Below are positions 12,509-15,026 of a stretch of 15,026 nucleotides of DNA, piece by piece (the first letter of the stretch is position 1; every line of letters begins with the position of its first letter). Both the position numbers and the translations under genes were made by a program. Source of the stretch: a virus (lineage: Duplodnaviria; Heunggongvirae; Uroviricota; Caudoviricetes). The notes below the pieces were generated by a model that saw only the letters and a list, made by a program, of their open reading frames with translations, searched no databases and had not been told where the DNA came from. The stretch is taken from IMG/VR virus record IMGVR_UViG_3300025735_000005; one strand, given 5' to 3'.

Positions 12509-15026
12509 GGCTGTAATGCCTTTGTATTGTGTGAAAGAATATTATTGGAAATATAACTTTGCGCGCCTTTTACTGTAATCTTAACAATAGTTGTCGTACC
12601 AGCCGGTTCACCTAGGCATTCAAGCCTAACCCATTGGTTATCCATCCACACTAGATGCCCTTGTGTACCTCGTAGAATATTGCCATTTATATTTGCTTGG
12701 TATACTTCAGATTCAGCAAACTCAACATGTGTCACAGGGAATACTCCCCACTCCTTATTTAAATGATGCTGAGTCTTAACGTAATCTCCAATTTGGATAG
12801 CACTGGCTGTCTTCTGTGTGTCATCAGACATTAGAATTAGTGTATCGTGACTTACACAGTAACCACCGCCGCCGTCACCACCGCCATAACTTCCGCCTGG
12901 CGTACCGCTTCCATTGTTCTGATTAACTGGCTCAGAAGTACCTGAGGCATTTGCAATAGTTGCTTGTCTAAGCTCGGTAACTTCTAACGTCACACCTTCA
13001 CGTACAATTGTAGGGCCTTCTACTTCTAAACTAGTAACATTAAATGAAACACTATGGCTGCCGGCTGCAATACCTGATAAAAATACAAAAGCAGTAAGAG
13101 GCCCTTCGGCTCGTGAATCTGCATTATCAAAGATCATATTATATCTAGCACGCTGCACAATATCGCCATCTAGATAGATATCGGCATACATAATTAAATC
13201 ATCTTGATTGTAAACTTGTCCATAAGCTTGAATTTTGAGGAGACTATTAGAGTCTTCTTTATAAAAAGTATAACCAAGAACTTGCTGATTGATATTACGG
13301 TAACAATTAGTAGGAATCGAGCTGTACGTAAAAGAAGTTTTGGCAGCAGCTGCTAGTTGTACGTTATTAACAGCAACGCTCTTAGCTGCAAGAGTATCTA
13401 TCTCAACATTATGCATCTTAACGCCAGCTTCGCTAGCAATAAAATATGGATCTCCTGTGTCAGGGTCAATGATAGAAAACTTATCAGAAGTAAAAATGAT
13501 ATCTGAGGTTTCGCCTTGATTGATGATGTCCATACCTACAATTCGTTTAGAACCGTCCGAGGCTGTCTCAACACGAATTGTAGCGCGGGCGATAGTACCG
13601 CTAGGGTCTGCAAGAGTCGTCTCAAGTGTTTCAACGCGTGCTGACGCATCGCCAGCAACAGAGGATACAGTTGAAATTTGCTGTGATAAGGCTGTATCAG
13701 CATTAGCTCTATTCAGCTGCTCTTGGGATATTGCAGATGTATTACCGCTGACATCCTGCTGTAGTTGAGTTGTATTTGTAATAAGTGTATTAATATCATT
13801 GCGTGCAGCATCAAGAGCATTTGAAAGAGTTTCATCAACGGCCGCAATAGAACTTATGACAGTTTCAGGAGACATCACATACTGAAATTGCTTACGAGCA
13901 GAAATAGAGGTAAGCTCATTTCCATCTTTAACAGAAACTGATATAACTTTAGAGGGTGCGTCTGTGAATTGAGCTACAATGAAAGTAGCTGCTGTAGCAT
14001 TAGCCACAGGAGCGTCGTCAATGTACCACTGGTAAGATGGCGAAGTAAACCCAGATATTGAAGCCGAAACTTGAATAGCAGAAGGCGATACACTGCTTCC
14101 ATTGTTTACAAAGAATTGAGAAGGCGCATTTATAGAAACAGACCTAATCCAGTTATGCGATAGATCTTGTGCATCTGTAGGATCTGTAATTGTCATTGCA
14201 GACATACGACCACTGGTGGACAAAGTACGTACACCGAAGAATGCACTAGCAGCATCCACAGCTGGCATTACAAATGTAGGTTCAGAATTTCTACCGACTT
14301 CGTTGTATACTGGAGCACCGTTTGCCTCAGTCGCATCTATGCCTGCACGATGCATATAAAATACATAGCCAGCAAGTTCAGAGAAAGTGACAGAGCTGCA
14401 TTCAAGTATACCAGAGGAAGCGACATTGCTGTCTAAGTTAGGTGTATATGTAATATCACGAGGTTGTGGTATACCCACACCATATGGATTTGGTGGGGTA
14501 ATATACACATCGTCTTTAATGCTCCAAGCAAGCTGCGTGTAATCAAACCTAGTAGCTTCAATAGTACACTGGTCATCGCCTGAAACCTTAGAGCTATCAA
14601 CACGGAGGTATACTGGGACTTCAACGCCTACTTTTAGTGTTTGGCTTTCAAGTCTAATATAATCGCCAGGCTCATAGTAACGATCCCTAATAACATATTT
14701 AAACTTATAACCAGTAGCGCTTCGACTTGTACGACAAATTTCTTCTGCCTTTGCCAGTGCGTGCTGGGGATCTGTAATAGCTTCCGCGAATATATCAGTC
14801 TCTAACGAAAGACCATTATCCTCTTCTAACATGGCCTGATATATTGTATCAGTCTCAGAGACTTGTGCAAAATCATCATAAGCAATATCACGAGACGTGA
14901 ACAGAATTTTATTTGAACTTTCAATACTAACAGAAACACCGTAAAAATCTTGGTCTTTACCAGTGCTTGTATTAGTTACGGAAACTGCGATCTTGTAAAG
15001 TTTTCTTCCAGTTTGGCTACCTAGCG
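12505..15026 (-). CDS. Central tail fibre / host-specificity protein (TipJ-like), 5'-partial, with C-terminal Hint domain
   Basis: The frame stays open from 14832 to the window edge (LGSQTGRKLYKIAV...TIYQAMLEED). It contains a Phage-tail_3-like segment (RYYEPGDYIRLES), Ig/Fn3-like beta regions, a heptad coiled coil (about TLSNALDAAR...VETLETT), a DUF1983-like region (IVGMDII...IIFTSDKFSIIDP), a Gly-rich linker and then Hint. Confidence 0.85.
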   Translation of the reverse strand, partial: LGSQTGRKLYKIAVSVTNTSTGKDQDFYGVSVSIESSNKILFTSRDIAYDDFAQVSETDTIYQAMLEEDNGLSLETDIFAEAITDPQHALAKAEEICRTSRSATGYKFKYVIRDRYYEPGDYIRLESQTLKVGVEVPVYLRVDSSKVSGDDQCTIEATRFDYTQLAWSIKDDVYITPPNPYGVGIPQPRDITYTPNLDSNVASSGILECSSVTFSELAGYVFYMHRAGIDATEANGAPVYNEVGRNSEPTFVMPAVDAASAFFGVRTLSTSGRMSAMTITDPTDAQDLSHNWIRSVSINAPSQFFVNNGSSVSPSAIQVSASISGFTSPSYQWYIDDAPVANATAATFIVAQFTDAPSKVISVSVKDGNELTSISARKQFQYVMSPETVISSIAAVDETLSNALDAARNDINTLITNTTQLQQDVSGNTSAISQEQLNRANADTALSQQISTVSSVAGDASARVETLETTLADPSGTIARATIRVETASDGSKRIVGMDIINQGETSDIIFTSDKFSIIDPDTGDPYFIASEAGVKMHNVEIDTLAAKSVAVNNVQLAAAAKTSFTYSSIPTNCYRNINQQVLGYTFYKEDSNSLLKIQAYGQVYNQDDLIMYADIYLDGDIVQRARYNMIFDNADSRAEGPLTAFVFLSGIAAGSHSVSFNVTSLEVEGPTIVREGVTLEVTELRQATIANASGTSEPVNQNNGSGTPGGSYGGGDGGGGYCVSHDTLILMSDDTQKTASAIQIGDYVKTQHHLNKEWGVFPVTHVEFAESEVYQANINGNILRGTQGHLVWMDNQWVRLECLGEPAGTTTIVKITVKGAQSYISNNILSHNTKALQP
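12526..12858 (-). other. Hint (intein/Hedgehog-like) domain, 111 aa, within the tail protein
   Basis: Block A CVSHDTLILMSD starting at Cys, IQIGDYV, block B RGTQGHLV (TxxH), block G ILSHN followed by Thr. Confidence 0.85.

Noticed and set aside
12860-12915. GGC/GGT-rich low-complexity repeat or diversity-generating retroelement variable region
   Set aside because: It simply encodes a Gly-rich linker; no template repeat or reverse transcriptase is seen in the window.
451-14436. All plus-strand ORFs in the track (e.g. 1945-2451, 6034-6453, 5350-5670)
   Set aside because: They are antisense shadows of well-supported minus-strand genes, with no recognisable domains or expression signals.
6558-14624. 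Alternative-frame minus ORFs (6558-6821, 7605-7832 long form, 8096-8449 long form, 9497-9802, 10224-10487, 10780-11034, 11161-11361, 14433-14624)
   Set aside because: They are nested in better-supported genes or span promoters, and lack Shine-Dalgarno sites.
1-15026. tRNA or rRNA genes
   Set aside because: No cloverleaf or T-loop/D-loop signatures were found in the short intergenic regions.

Overview
The window is a dense bacteriophage genome segment with essentially all credible genes on the minus strand. In the direction of transcription (right to left) it carries: a central tail fibre/host-specificity protein (5' end beyond the window) ending in a Hint (intein-like) domain; a translationally coupled GNAT-fold gene; a lysis cassette (holin-like gene, small gene, NlpC/P60-CHAP-type endolysin); a block of small early-type genes with three copies of a sigma70-like promoter and a SleB-like cell-wall hydrolase; a T7-type single-subunit RNA polymerase; an SSB-like gene; a DUF3310-like gene; a family A DNA polymerase; and a terminator. 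Two observations stand out. (1) The RNA polymerase gene is split inside catalytic motif B by a 707-nt group I intron (5201-5907) with a fully foldable core and an HNH-AP2 homing endonuclease; splicing restores a 746-aa ORF. (2) The tail protein ends in a Cys...TxxH...His-Asn|Thr Hint domain with only a 6-residue C-extein. Several repeated non-coding elements (promoter-like motifs and conserved hairpins) are also visible. All family assignments come from motif recognition by eye; no database searches were run.
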